Source: a virus (taxonomy: Duplodnaviria > Caudoviricetes). Taken from it: 59,569 nucleotides of DNA. A program made the position numbers and the translations under genes. The DNA lies in IMG/VR virus record IMGVR_UViG_3300047560_000779, positions 1 through 59,569 of that record. One strand, given 5' to 3'. Positions 35,576 to 45,006 of the stretch are shown here, in pieces (within the stretch, counting starts at the first letter, position 1; each line of letters opens with the position of its first letter). Below the pieces are notes generated by a model. The model did not search any database and was not told where the DNA came from. It saw only the letters and a list, made by a program, of their open reading frames with translations.

Positions 35576-37410
35576 ATCATTCGAAGCTCAGTGATGTCTG
35601 TGGCCATGCGGAACTCGCGCAACCCCACGTTGCCAGTGATCTTGACTTCCCAGATGTAGTCTTTTTCCGAGGCTGGCAGGCGTTGTGGTTCTTGGCTGGT
35701 CACACCGATGGAGTACACCTGAACACCGTTGGCGAACAGAAGAATTTGAACGTTTCTGACGTCTTGGAGTGTAGGGATTGGCTGCAAGATGCTGCCGTTA
35801 AGCGCGTATGTATTAAGCGGCGTCCGGTTTATCGTACTAAAACGAGTTGCTCCTGTAGCCCAGTAGGCTTGGTTTGCAGCAATGATCTCATCGACAACAG
35901 CGTTGTAGGCAGCCACGCTAGCAATAGCATCCCAGTCTGCTTGAGCCTTCATCACAGAGAAATTCAAGGGGGCTGGCAGCACAAACTTTTTGGACTTCCA
36001 CTCGTAGAACATGTTGTTCACAGGGTCGGCGTCAAGCTGGTAGATGTTGTTGTCCGAGGGATTAACCACGTACACGTTGGCCGTAGAGCGTTCCACGAAC
36101 ACCGCTTGGGCGGACACATCTAAGTTAACCAGAGGCGGGGTGTCCCCGCGCATCAGGATAAGGGCAGCCTTTGTGTCTCCGGCTTGGTAGAAACCGAGGT
36201 ACATGTTTTGGTAAATGACACCCACCAAGCTCGATGGGATGTATGTCTGCCATTCGTCACGGGTAAACAATGCACGACTGATAACGTCTTGCGTACCGGG
36301 AGCGATAGACACCAAGCCGTTAGGGCTGGCGTACAAGACACCAAACTGGTCAGAAGTGATGGACTTCTTGGAAACGCATGGCTCAGGCAGCGGCACCTTT
36401 TCCTGTGACATTGCACCGGGCTGAGAGCCGGTAATCAAGTATGGAGTCTGTGTCGTACAAACAACAAGGGTTTGCCCGAATACGCCAAGTCCGACGATGG
36501 GTGCACCCACTGTCATCATGTAGCCAACAGGCCAAGCATGCGGAAGATACGGCTCGCAGAACCATACTTCGTTGTTTGTGAAGCCCGCCAAGATACCGTT
36601 AGGCATGGCGATCAAGCCTTTGAGCGTAGCAGGAGGCGGTGTGTAGTACAGCGATGGTAGCGAGACACCCAGATTGGCTGCGAGCACCGTGTCAGCAAAC
36701 GAGCCAGAGGCCACGCCAGTCGAAGGAGTTACGGAGACAGTGCCCACATACAGATAGACTGCGCTAGTCGTGCTTGTCACCGAGCGGTATATGCGAATGG
36801 CAGTGATGTTGTACCCAGCAGCCGTTGTGGGGGCCGTAGCAAATGAGTCTACTGTGACTGTGGCGTCAGGTTCAACATGCACAACCGTATTTGCGGGGCT
36901 TGGGGCAGATTCTTCAAGTACAGAACCAAAGGTGCTGACATACGTATACACATAGGCACGGTCTTCCTGAACAGTGCCAGTACCGCCTGTCTTCACAAGT
37001 GAAGGAGCCGTAGTTGGGGCTGGAACGCCCATGTTGTATTGAGTATCAGGGAACGGCTTCGTGCCTGTTCCGCTTGTTGTGGCCAACGCCCAGTTAGTTT
37101 TCTTTGGGGCTACGCCGTCTGTGTAGTACACACGAAAGTCGGTCGTGTCAGCCACGGGGCCGGGAACAACGTCAACGTCGGTAGTCCATTCCAGCCAAGA
37201 GCTTAAGCCGAGAGTGGTGTTCTCCAGCTTGTAAATTGTTTGTACGTTGGAGTTGCCGGGGGTGTACGTAAAGTAGGGGTTGCGCCATGGGCGGATTTCA
37301 CCTGACTGCAACTTTACGTTTTTAGCAATCTGTGCCTGATTAGGCGCAAGGTTAGTCGGCCCAGTACGGGGCGAGAGCCCAGAGAAGTTATCTAGCTTCA
37401 AATATGGCAT
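35572..37410 (-). CDS. Tail nozzle / tubular protein B-like
   Basis: FSGLSPR...A.NV start, FCEPYLPHAWP, propeller-like YASPNGLV, WKSKKF. Confidence 0.7.
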   Translation of the reverse strand: MPYLKLDNFSGLSPRTGPTNLAPNQAQIAKNVKLQSGEIRPWRNPYFTYTPGNSNVQTIYKLENTTLGLSSWLEWTTDVDVVPGPVADTTDFRVYYTDGVAPKKTNWALATTSGTGTKPFPDTQYNMGVPAPTTAPSLVKTGGTGTVQEDRAYVYTYVSTFGSVLEESAPSPANTVVHVEPDATVTVDSFATAPTTAAGYNITAIRIYRSVTSTTSAVYLYVGTVSVTPSTGVASGSFADTVLAANLGVSLPSLYYTPPPATLKGLIAMPNGILAGFTNNEVWFCEPYLPHAWPVGYMMTVGAPIVGLGVFGQTLVVCTTQTPYLITGSQPGAMSQEKVPLPEPCVSKKSITSDQFGVLYASPNGLVSIAPGTQDVISRALFTRDEWQTYIPSSLVGVIYQNMYLGFYQAGDTKAALILMRGDTPPLVNLDVSAQAVFVERSTANVYVVNPSDNNIYQLDADPVNNMFYEWKSKKFVLPAPLNFSVMKAQADWDAIASVAAYNAVVDEIIAANQAYWATGATRFSTINRTPLNTYALNGSILQPIPTLQDVRNVQILLFANGVQVYSIGVTSQEPQRLPASEKDYIWEVKITGNVGLREFRMATDITELRMI

Positions 37411-37425
37411 GTCGCCCCCTACTTA

Positions 37426-37656
37426 TTACTCAGCAGCTTCGGCAGGAGCGTCAGCTTTTTTCTTGCGTGTAGCTTTCTCGGCAGGAGTGGCTTCCAATTC
37501 TTCAGCCAAAGCCTTGCCTTCGTCGTTCAAGTTGAACACCCCGTCGTCGCCCAAAGCGCCTACTTTTTTGCGGTCGCCCATGATGCCAACGATGATGTTG
37601 CCAGCGCACAGTTCTGCACCAGACGCTTCCATAAACTGCTCATAGCTTAGTGCCAT
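37426..37656 (-). CDS. Hypothetical protein
   Basis: GGAG RBS; 76 aa. Confidence 0.7.
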   Translation of the reverse strand: MALSYEQFMEASGAELCAGNIIVGIMGDRKKVGALGDDGVFNLNDEGKALAEELEATPAEKATRKKKADAPAEAAE

Positions 37657-37707
37657 TTAATTCTCCAGAGGGGTTAAACACGGGTTGATTGTATCCCCGT
37701 GCTGTGC

Positions 37708-38322
37708 TTACGCAAGTGCTGTTCCGTGGTCAATTAACCCTAAGGCCAACTGAGTGTGTTTCACGCGATCGTCTAGACCAATCGTGCCACCGTTAATTTT
37801 TTTAGTAAGTCCTACCCAGTCTCCGGCCTCGGCCAGAGCGTTGCAGTTATGCGTGCTCCAGAACCAGCCAGCAGTAAGCGCGGCGTACTTCGGTGTAGAC
37901 ACCAAGTCAGGGTTGGCTACAAAGTCCACCCCAAGAGCCTTACTAGCGTGGAAGTAATTAGCGTGGCCAGTGAGTTGGATACAGCCACGACCGCGAAAAC
38001 GCCAGCCATCACCAGAAGCTTCGTCACGATTTCCCATACGTGAGCTGTACACGTTGTTGGCGATTTTTCGTGGATTACCGGCGTAGGCATTTGCGACTTC
38101 AAGGGTAGGGAACCGTTTGGCCCACAGCTTCATCAGCGTGGCGGCTTTGTAGTTGAGGTTTTCTTCAAGGATACGGAATTGAGCGCACTCGTGGCCACAC
38201 TGGCCAATGAATGCTGCCTGTTTTTTAGGCGTGTCGATTCCGAATTTCTCAAAGGTATCGTTGAGCGCATCAACCCAGACTGGGTCAATGTGCATAGCTT
38301 TAAGTTGTTCAGCGGTTACCAT
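37708..38322 (-). CDS. Glycoside hydrolase family 19 endolysin
   Basis: AAFIGQCGHEC, EENLNY, FRGRGCIQLTG, TKKINGG. Confidence 0.92.
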   Translation of the reverse strand: MVTAEQLKAMHIDPVWVDALNDTFEKFGIDTPKKQAAFIGQCGHECAQFRILEENLNYKAATLMKLWAKRFPTLEVANAYAGNPRKIANNVYSSRMGNRDEASGDGWRFRGRGCIQLTGHANYFHASKALGVDFVANPDLVSTPKYAALTAGWFWSTHNCNALAEAGDWVGLTKKINGGTIGLDDRVKHTQLALGLIDHGTALA

Positions 38323-38767
38323 TTGCGGCCTCCCTTACTTGCTCGTAGGCTGCGATGCAGGCGTTGAGCTGGTTGATGGCGCGGTCCCCGTCTGCTGCGA
38401 TTTGAGCAATAAGTCGGAGAGTCTCGATGTCAGATTCGCTTCCCGCTTGGTTCCCACTTCCACTGGGAGCGGGGGCACCTGCAACGGCTTGTATGCAACC
38501 TGAGGAGGGGAGGCGCACCCGGCCAGCGTTGATAAGGCGATCAAGGTCAGACTGTTTTTTAGCGATAGCATCATTTGCATCCTTCAGTTCGGTTGAGGTA
38601 GCGCTGAGTTGTTCATTCAGCTTGTGCTCGGCTTGGCGAACTTGTTCGTTCTTGAGAGCAATCTCCGCTTGCATCTCTTGATCTCGTTGCTCAAAACCGG
38701 CATGGTGGCCATAGAAGTAAGAGGCGATCGCTAGAAAGATCGCCCCCAGAATTAAATGGGGGTTCAT
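38309..38767 (-). CDS. Rz-like inner-membrane spanin
   Basis: N-terminal transmembrane helix, coiled coil, GRVRL, C-terminal GDRAINQLNACIAAY. Confidence 0.85.
   Translation of the reverse strand: MNPHLILGAIFLAIASYFYGHHAGFEQRDQEMQAEIALKNEQVRQAEHKLNEQLSATSTELKDANDAIAKKQSDLDRLINAGRVRLPSSGCIQAVAGAPAPSGSGNQAGSESDIETLRLIAQIAADGDRAINQLNACIAAYEQVREAANGNR
38335..38580 (-). CDS. Rz1-like outer-membrane spanin lipoprotein, nested in Rz
   Basis: Signal peptide with LAGC lipobox and Pro-rich mature part, embedded in an alternative frame of Rz. Confidence 0.75.
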   Translation of the reverse strand: MQMMLSLKNSLTLIALSTLAGCASPPQVAYKPLQVPPLPVEVGTKREANLTSRLSDLLLKSQQTGTAPSTSSTPASQPTSK

Positions 38768-39270
38768 GCTGCCTCCTGCTTAGCGGCTGCTCGTTCGTGG
38801 GCAATTTCCTCTACGGCAGGGTCGATGAAGTCAGGTGGGGTTGTTGGCGGTGGGGGCGCACGCCATGTCTCATCCAGCTCAGGGTTCTTGAACCCATTGA
38901 AGCTGAAGTCGAACATGCCCGAAGAAGCCGTAGGCGCGGGGCTAGGACTTGGCGCTACGGCTTGGGGCTGTGGGGGTGGAGTCACCGGATGGGCAGCCAA
39001 TTTCTCAGCTGCGGCCTGTACACCTTTACGGCTCATCACACCACCGATACCACCGACGACCAACAACACAATGTCATTGAGCATCTTGGCAAAGGCTTGG
39101 TCCATTGGAGCCATAGACTTCAATGGCTGGACGACAAACGCCAAGCTGTACAACATGAAGGCCACGATGCCAGCCAAGATCAGCGTGACAACGATTACGA
39201 CGAAACCCCAGATACGGGTCTCAAATTCTTCAGCGGTCAGACGACGCTGGGGGTGCTGGTTGTTGGACAA
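38764..39270 (-). CDS. Two-helix membrane protein, holin candidate
   Basis: Two hydrophobic helices; position in the lysis cassette. Confidence 0.55.
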   Translation of the reverse strand: MSNNQHPQRRLTAEEFETRIWGFVVIVVTLILAGIVAFMLYSLAFVVQPLKSMAPMDQAFAKMLNDIVLLVVGGIGGVMSRKGVQAAAEKLAAHPVTPPPQPQAVAPSPSPAPTASSGMFDFSFNGFKNPELDETWRAPPPPTTPPDFIDPAVEEIAHERAAAKQEAA

Positions 39271-39448
39271 TTTGTTTCTCCAATACAGGGGCTACGAGGT
39301 AATCTGGGCAGTCTTGAGTGAACAGACAGTCAGGACGTTGGCATCGTTTCTGCGGCCAATTCGCAGGGTCTTGGCAATGGTACCGGTATCGGTCATCACA
39401 GCCCGCGATGCTAATCAGCATCAATAGGGTCAACACGAGGTTTCGCAT
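39230..39448 (-). CDS. Small Cys-rich lipoprotein
   Basis: IAGC lipobox; RYRYHCQDP.NW...C..P.C....CP. Confidence 0.75.
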   Translation of the reverse strand: MRNLVLTLLMLISIAGCDDRYRYHCQDPANWPQKRCQRPDCLFTQDCPDYLVAPVLEKQIVQQPAPPASSDR

Positions 39449-39596
39449 TACGTTTCTTCTCCTTTTCTTCGAGACGTTGGATCATGGCTTCCGCCTTCTT
39501 GAGTTGCTTGTCCGTATGGATGACCACGAACGACAGCATCATGATGCAGAAAATGATGAGCGTCACGATAGCAACCCAAAACCAAAATTCCCTCAT
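39411..39596 (-). CDS. Small membrane protein
   Basis: ATGA-coupled start at 39596; one transmembrane helix. Confidence 0.65.
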   Translation of the reverse strand: MREFWFWVAIVTLIIFCIMMLSFVVIHTDKQLKKAEAMIQRLEEKEKKRNAKPRVDPIDAD

Positions 39597-40327
39597 AGAG
39601 TGAAATACATTCCAATCACTTGCAGGAACCCCATTGCCACTGCTACCACGTAGGTCGCCTTGGCTACCAGAATTTCGTTGCGGTGCTCTAGTCGCCATCT
39701 GTTGTCCCGTTCCCTTTTTGCTTTCAGTTCACGAGCAACTTCCTGCTCCTCAAGAATCTCATCGTACTTAGCCAGAAACTCTTTGTACATCGACCCCAGC
39801 CCCAGAGACTCTGGCGTGCCGTAGATCATGGCTTGCTTCAGCTGGGCAGACAGTTGGTTCATCTGCCATTGCATCTCAATCCTGTCAATCGCACTATCGG
39901 CAACTCGGTCTGTAGTCAACGCTTCTTCCTCAAGTTCCCGGCAGTGGGCTTTGAGCTGGCGCATAGCCTCAAAGTAGACCTTTAAATTCTCACAGATGTC
40001 GTGCACCGCACGAGCCTGAAATTCCTCGTAGCTCAGCTCTGGTTCTGGCTCTTGCTTTTTCTTTTTGGCTGGCTTGGGGGCTTCGACGATTGCGGCTGGC
40101 TTGGGAGCAGGGCTTCCATTATGTTTAGCAGGCGCTCCCAATAAACCCTTAATCCATCCCCAGATTCCAGTGACTTCTGCATAGATCGCTTTAGCGTCCG
40201 CAATTCCGCCTTCAACTTGCTTTTTGAATTTTCCAATTTCTGCCTTCCCTTCTGAAAGCATCTGGCAACCGGCGCGAATAGCACCGACTGCGCTTTGAGC
40301 CATAAGAAGGAGACTGATTGGGTCCAC
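39593..40327 (-). CDS. Helical protein with C-terminal transmembrane helix
   Basis: MDPISLLLMA...; coiled coil; C-terminal hydrophobic anchor. Confidence 0.75.
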   Translation of the reverse strand: MDPISLLLMAQSAVGAIRAGCQMLSEGKAEIGKFKKQVEGGIADAKAIYAEVTGIWGWIKGLLGAPAKHNGSPAPKPAAIVEAPKPAKKKKQEPEPELSYEEFQARAVHDICENLKVYFEAMRQLKAHCRELEEEALTTDRVADSAIDRIEMQWQMNQLSAQLKQAMIYGTPESLGLGSMYKEFLAKYDEILEEQEVARELKAKRERDNRWRLEHRNEILVAKATYVVAVAMGFLQVIGMYFTL

Positions 40328-40330
40328 ATC

Positions 40331-40729
40331 TTACGCCTTTTCTTTTTGGTGGGGGCAATAGCCATACCACCCGTGAGCACAGTTGCAGTTATGGCATAAG
40401 ACTCTGTATTTTGCAGGGAATCCTTCATTTACAGCGCGTCGTGCTATCTGCGCAGTTGAGAGCGTTTTTCTTTCTTCACGTCCACCGCCATTAACATGGT
40501 CAAGCGCTAGAAACTCAAACCTCTTTTCCCCGCAACAGCTGCACGCGCCACCATATCCTGCAAACAGCTTTTCACGTATTTCACGGTGTTGCTCAGCACG
40601 TCTTTGACGAGTTGTTGGGAGCTTGTTTCTTTCACTAAGATACTGTTTACGGCACAGCTTACACCGAACTGCGTCTGATCTAGACGCAGCGAATACAACC
40701 CCACAAAAATTGCAGGTGCAGTTTTTCAT
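40331..40729 (-). CDS. HNH endonuclease with zinc fingers, homing-endonuclease-like
   Basis: CSCCG, LALDHVNGGG, VLCHNCNCAH. Confidence 0.85.
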   Translation of the reverse strand: MKNCTCNFCGVVFAASRSDAVRCKLCRKQYLSERNKLPTTRQRRAEQHREIREKLFAGYGGACSCCGEKRFEFLALDHVNGGGREERKTLSTAQIARRAVNEGFPAKYRVLCHNCNCAHGWYGYCPHQKEKA

Positions 40730-41643
40730 GAAACCCTATTCCACATATACACAACGACGTATGGCTGCAAGTTAGCGCCAGTCGCGGATACACCGGTCGA
40801 AGTCACTGTGGTTGCGGCGGTGATGCCGGTTGTTGCACTGTTGGTGCTCATTGTCACTGGGTTATTAAACGAGTCGCCGGAAGGAGTGCTCGTCACATGG
40901 TCGTAACCGCCACCATAGCCGTTGATAGTGTGGTAGTGGCCGGGGTCAGTAATTGCAGTAGTTGCTGTGTGCGTGTGGGCGGGGACAATTGCATCTGCGC
41001 TACCGCCTGTGCTTCCAGCAGTGTAGGTACTACCATCAGTACCCATCAAAACACGACCAGCGCCAAAGGCCACCCATGTGCCAAACCCAAACAACGTTGC
41101 CGGGCTAGTACTTACCGTGCTGGTGTAGATGGAGCCTACGGGATAAATAGTAGCAAGAGTCAAAGCAGCTGCTTGTACGAATGCAGTAGTAGCCACCTGA
41201 GTTGTATTTGTCCCGGGGGAAGCAGTAGGCGCGACAGGAGTTCCCGTCATCGTTGGGCTTGCAAGCGAGGTAGCCCCAGAAAATGTACTCGTGCCAGAAA
41301 ACGTATTTGCACCAGAGAAAGTCTGGTCAGCGGCCAGCTGAGGCAAGCTAGTCATTACAGCAGCAGTTACACGAAGTTCCAGCTTGTCAGCAGCGGCGTA
41401 AGCACGGCCAGTTGTGCCTTCCTGCGCACGAACCACAGTCAACACGTCAGTCGCACGAGCAGTGACTTTCACGATCTCCAAGTTGTTGGATGAATCGGTC
41501 AGCGTAGCGTAGAAGTAGTTACTACCAGAGATAGCAGGGAACTGAGCGCCAGCGCCTGTAGTCAATGTAATTGTGGTTGCGGTCGAAGTGATCGACGAGG
41601 CAAGCGCCCCGGATGCGTTATTGGAAAAGAGTATGGAAGCCAT
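40726..41643 (-). CDS. Tail fibre-like virion protein
   Basis: EIVKVTA...VVRAQEGT N-terminal module; YPVGSIY...NLQPYVVVYMWNR C-terminal module. Confidence 0.8.
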   Translation of the reverse strand: MASILFSNNASGALASSITSTATTITLTTGAGAQFPAISGSNYFYATLTDSSNNLEIVKVTARATDVLTVVRAQEGTTGRAYAAADKLELRVTAAVMTSLPQLAADQTFSGANTFSGTSTFSGATSLASPTMTGTPVAPTASPGTNTTQVATTAFVQAAALTLATIYPVGSIYTSTVSTSPATLFGFGTWVAFGAGRVLMGTDGSTYTAGSTGGSADAIVPAHTHTATTAITDPGHYHTINGYGGGYDHVTSTPSGDSFNNPVTMSTNSATTGITAATTVTSTGVSATGANLQPYVVVYMWNRVS

Positions 41644-41652
41644 GGCCGCCCT

Positions 41653-42012
41653 TTACTTGAGGTTCTTGAGTTTGTACAACGTACTGAGATACAAAGCCAC
41701 GGCTTCGTCAATCAGGTTCTGAATCGCCGTTTCGTCTTTGCCTACAGCTGTGTAGCGAAGTTTCTCGATGGCTGCCAGTTGTTTCTCTAGTACGGAGATG
41801 ATGTCACCGCCAGAGGTTTCCGTCAACATTGGGATGCTGTCAATAATTCCGTTGCGACCTTGGTAGGCTTCAGCGATGGAGTCAGCAATGTCCACAATGC
41901 CGTCGTAAAACGAACCGAGCGCAGAGTGCTGCGCGAATGATTTTGTGCGTAGGTGTTCACGGTGAGCCAGCTCACGGCCCAAGAACAGCAAAGCGATTAG
42001 ACGTCCAATCAT
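41653..42012 (-). CDS. Ferritin/Dps-like protein (DUF5856-like)
   Basis: AHREHLRT.SFAQH.AL..FYD....AD..AE.YQG...YKLKNL. Confidence 0.75.
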   Translation of the reverse strand: MIGRLIALLFLGRELAHREHLRTKSFAQHSALGSFYDGIVDIADSIAEAYQGRNGIIDSIPMLTETSGGDIISVLEKQLAAIEKLRYTAVGKDETAIQNLIDEAVALYLSTLYKLKNLK

Positions 42013-42047
42013 GGTAACTCCTTAGTTTGTCCGATTGTACCGGCGGC

Positions 42048-42836
42048 TTACGCAGCCTCCAAGTACGTTGCATACTCCACTGACTCAACTGTGGCGTAGA
42101 TGTTTGAATCATTCCACGAAACGCTGATCTCACCCGACGTGTGCGTGACATACACACATCCAGACTGCGTAACACTGCCATAGATGGTCTTGTCAAGCCA
42201 TGAAATATCTGGGTAGACGACTTCTGCGGTTGCAAAAATCTGTGTGTAGGAGGCCTCAAACGAAGTCTGAGTGCTGTGATTTACGTCGTTTAGATGACTG
42301 TAGACCAGCGGAGCGTTAGGTACAGTAGCAACTGCGGTGACTGCCGAAGCGAAGTGCAGGCCTAGTTTTGCGTTACCGACCAGTGTGGCCGTGGCCAGCG
42401 CAATTACAGACAGCGGGACATCCAGCTTCACGGCGGATGCTGTAGTTGCAGTACCGGCAAGATCGCCAACCAAGTTTTTGCTGAGAGATAGGGGCGCGAC
42501 AACGGTAGCCGTAGTGTTTACGGCAGCAGCAATACTTAAACCTAAGCTGACATTTGCGCTAGCAGTTGCAAGCGTTGTAATGGCCGCAGCCAATGGCTTG
42601 ACAATCTGAATATCACCGGTCGCAATAACCGTGGTGTTTGTAGCGTCAGCTAAGTTATCTGTTTTAGCAAGTGCAGCAGTAGCAGTAGCTGAGACGTTGA
42701 TCGCCCCAGCGAAATGCAAGTCACTTACAAGCGACGCATCAGCGGTCGCTGTTACATAAACACTCGCAGTAATATACGCCGCACTCCCAGCTAACGACGA
42801 GAACGGTGCTTGGGATAACGCGGACGAGCCGAGCAT
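42048..42836 (-). CDS. Ala/Thr-rich structural protein
   Basis: MLGSSALSQAPFSSL start; repeated beta-strand pattern. Confidence 0.7.
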   Translation of the reverse strand: MLGSSALSQAPFSSLAGSAAYITASVYVTATADASLVSDLHFAGAINVSATATAALAKTDNLADATNTTVIATGDIQIVKPLAAAITTLATASANVSLGLSIAAAVNTTATVVAPLSLSKNLVGDLAGTATTASAVKLDVPLSVIALATATLVGNAKLGLHFASAVTAVATVPNAPLVYSHLNDVNHSTQTSFEASYTQIFATAEVVYPDISWLDKTIYGSVTQSGCVYVTHTSGEISVSWNDSNIYATVESVEYATYLEAA

Positions 42837-42858
42837 AGCGAGTGTTTACTAAGTTAGA

Positions 42859-43128
42859 TTACGCGTCTTCAGCGCCTTCGAACTCAGGGCGTTGCTTGAT
42901 GACGGCGTACAGAGCAGCACGATCGGCGCCAGCCACGTATTCTTCACCAGTGATCTGTGCCTTGCCTGCGGCCAAAGGTTGCTTGCCGTCTTCGCGGGCT
43001 GCTTTACTTGCGTAGCCGTAGAAGGTCACTTCTGTGCCTTGGCCTTTGAAGTCTTCTTGGACAGCACCAATGTTCCAGTAGGTAGCTTGGATGCCGAAGT
43101 CTGTATCGACTGCTTTGATGAGAGCCAT
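42859..43128 (-). CDS. Tail fibre-associated small protein, paralogue of 45007..45276
   Basis: MAL...Y.S..AR..G...LY..IK..PEF.GAED. Confidence 0.7.
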   Translation of the reverse strand: MALIKAVDTDFGIQATYWNIGAVQEDFKGQGTEVTFYGYASKAAREDGKQPLAAGKAQITGEEYVAGADRAALYAVIKQRPEFEGAEDA

Positions 43129-43169
43129 TGGGGTTTCTCCGTTATGAAAATAAATTTAGTTGCGTTTGT

Positions 43170-43430
43170 TTACACGGCTTCCTGATTATTCATTTCGTCA
43201 ATGAACGTCGGGTGTACCGTGTTTGGATTATAGGCGTCAGCGCCGCTAGGCGTAGTCCAAGTTTCTACGCCATTTTCGTCGGTATCAACGACCGAGTAAA
43301 AAACGTCATGCGTATGTGACTTGTAAAATTTAAGCGCTAACTGTGCGATCAGCGTGTCTCGTCCTGTTTCCGTATCGGAAAACTCGTAGCCACCAGTTGT
43401 TGGATCAAGTACAGCAAATTTTTTAGTCAT
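43170..43430 (-). CDS. Hypothetical protein downstream of the adhesin
   Basis: AGGA RBS; 86 aa. Confidence 0.65.
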   Translation of the reverse strand: MTKKFAVLDPTTGGYEFSDTETGRDTLIAQLALKFYKSHTHDVFYSVVDTDENGVETWTTPSGADAYNPNTVHPTFIDEMNNQEAV

Positions 43431-43440
43431 GTTTTGTCCT

Positions 43441-44430
43441 TTAACTTACAGCGCCGTATGTTGTGCCTGAGCCAGATGTTGAAGCAGAGTAGCCGTTAAG
43501 CGCAATGGCCTTACCACCAGAACCACCAGAGATGTTAGTCGCTCCGCTTGCACCACCTGCACCACCAGAAGCCCCCCAACCACCGCCGCCGCCGCCAGCA
43601 CCGCCGCCAGCAGCACCTGACACCCTAGCCCCATTACTGCCACTCGATCCAGCAGAACCGCCTGTACCGCCTTGGTATTCTCCATAGTTCGTAGGAGATT
43701 TAGAAACACCGCCACCACCACCAGAACCTCCGCCAAGACCGGGGTTAGTACCACCTTGGCCGTTAATCAAATTAAGATAACCTCCAGCGCCGCCAGTTCC
43801 GGGCAAGATCCTGCCGCCTCCACCGCCTCCGTTGCCTGTACCGTTTGCGCCTGATGAACCAACTGCACCGCCAGCAGCACCGCTTGCGCCTGAGCCTACT
43901 CCTCCGCCAGCTCCGCCACCGCCAAGATAACCGCCACCGCCACCGCCACCAGCAATATAGCCGTTGTTGACAACTGTGGAATTTATCTGTAGGTTAATCG
44001 CTGGGCCTCCGCTTGCACCTGCGGATGAAATAACGCCATTACCACCTTTGCCGATAATGTTTCCGTTGTTTGTGATGGCGACTGTTCCGCCTGACAAAGC
44101 ACCAGTATCAAACGCTGGCGTAGCTGTGGAATCTGACCACACATAAACACCACTGTTAACAGTGACTGTCGCAGTAAACGCCCCAGAGCCTGAATATCCA
44201 GCGGCGGTCATCGCTGTGAGCAGGTTGTAGTTTTGTGTGTTAGATGAAATAGTCGCGCTGAAACTGAACGCACTAGATTTACTTTGTAGGTTACTCATCG
44301 AGATAGCGCCAGAAGCTACTGACGCAAGTGAACGCACCGAAGCATCGTTCATGGTAATCACCGCAGTAGAGGAATACCCTAGTTCAGTGTTTATGTCTGA
44401 CAGTGATATTTGCCCAGATGGTGTTGTCAT
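43441..44430 (-). CDS. Glycine-rich adhesin, T-even gp38-like
   Basis: N-terminal SGQISLSDINTELG, ITNNGNIIGKGG, NNGYIAGGGGGG, poly-Gly motifs, terminal YGAVS. Confidence 0.75.
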   Translation of the reverse strand: MTTPSGQISLSDINTELGYSSTAVITMNDASVRSLASVASGAISMSNLQSKSSAFSFSATISSNTQNYNLLTAMTAAGYSGSGAFTATVTVNSGVYVWSDSTATPAFDTGALSGGTVAITNNGNIIGKGGNGVISSAGASGGPAINLQINSTVVNNGYIAGGGGGGGYLGGGGAGGGVGSGASGAAGGAVGSSGANGTGNGGGGGGRILPGTGGAGGYLNLINGQGGTNPGLGGGSGGGGGVSKSPTNYGEYQGGTGGSAGSSGSNGARVSGAAGGGAGGGGGGWGASGGAGGASGATNISGGSGGKAIALNGYSASTSGSGTTYGAVS

Positions 44431-44438
44431 GCTAGTGG

Positions 44439-45005
44439 TTACTTACCAAGTGTGCTGGCCAAAGAATCTACCTTTGCGTCGAGCGCTTTTATGGCTTCGA
44501 TCAACAGAGGCACAAGTCGCTCATAGCGAACCGTTAAATATTTGTCGTCGATGGGAGCTGGAGCAACCGTGTGTGGCTGCACCTTTTGTACAGACTGCGC
44601 ATCAAGGCCAACTTCAATAATAGAAGCGTCATACCCAAGAGAAACAGCAAGCTCGTTGGCGTGATAAATCAGAGTTTTAATCTGGTGTACCTGCTCCAAC
44701 GGATTCTCGATGTCACCAATCTTTGTCTTCAGGCGGTTGTCCGAATAATACGCAGTGATGTTGTTAGTTGCACGAATCTCTCCCGAAGTGCCAGAAGCCG
44801 CAGTGCCGACACCGAATGACCCAAACTGGACATTACTGGTTGTATCAATAGCTTGCCCAGAGAAGGAAAGCGTGCCCGATCCATTGGTGGATAAAACCTG
44901 TCCACTTGTACCGTCAGCACCGGGAAGGGTGTACGTCACCGCGCCGCTAGTCGGCGACTTTAACGTAACCGACCCAGCACCAGCATGGTTTATTGGGATT
45001 GGCAT
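44439..45005 (-). CDS. Short tail fibre segment with peptidase S74 intramolecular chaperone
   Basis: ITAYYSDNRLKT...GLDAQSVQKVQP...YERLVPLLIEAIK. Confidence 0.85.
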   Translation of the reverse strand: MPIPINHAGAGSVTLKSPTSGAVTYTLPGADGTSGQVLSTNGSGTLSFSGQAIDTTSNVQFGSFGVGTAASGTSGEIRATNNITAYYSDNRLKTKIGDIENPLEQVHQIKTLIYHANELAVSLGYDASIIEVGLDAQSVQKVQPHTVAPAPIDDKYLTVRYERLVPLLIEAIKALDAKVDSLASTLGK

Positions 45006-45006
45006 C

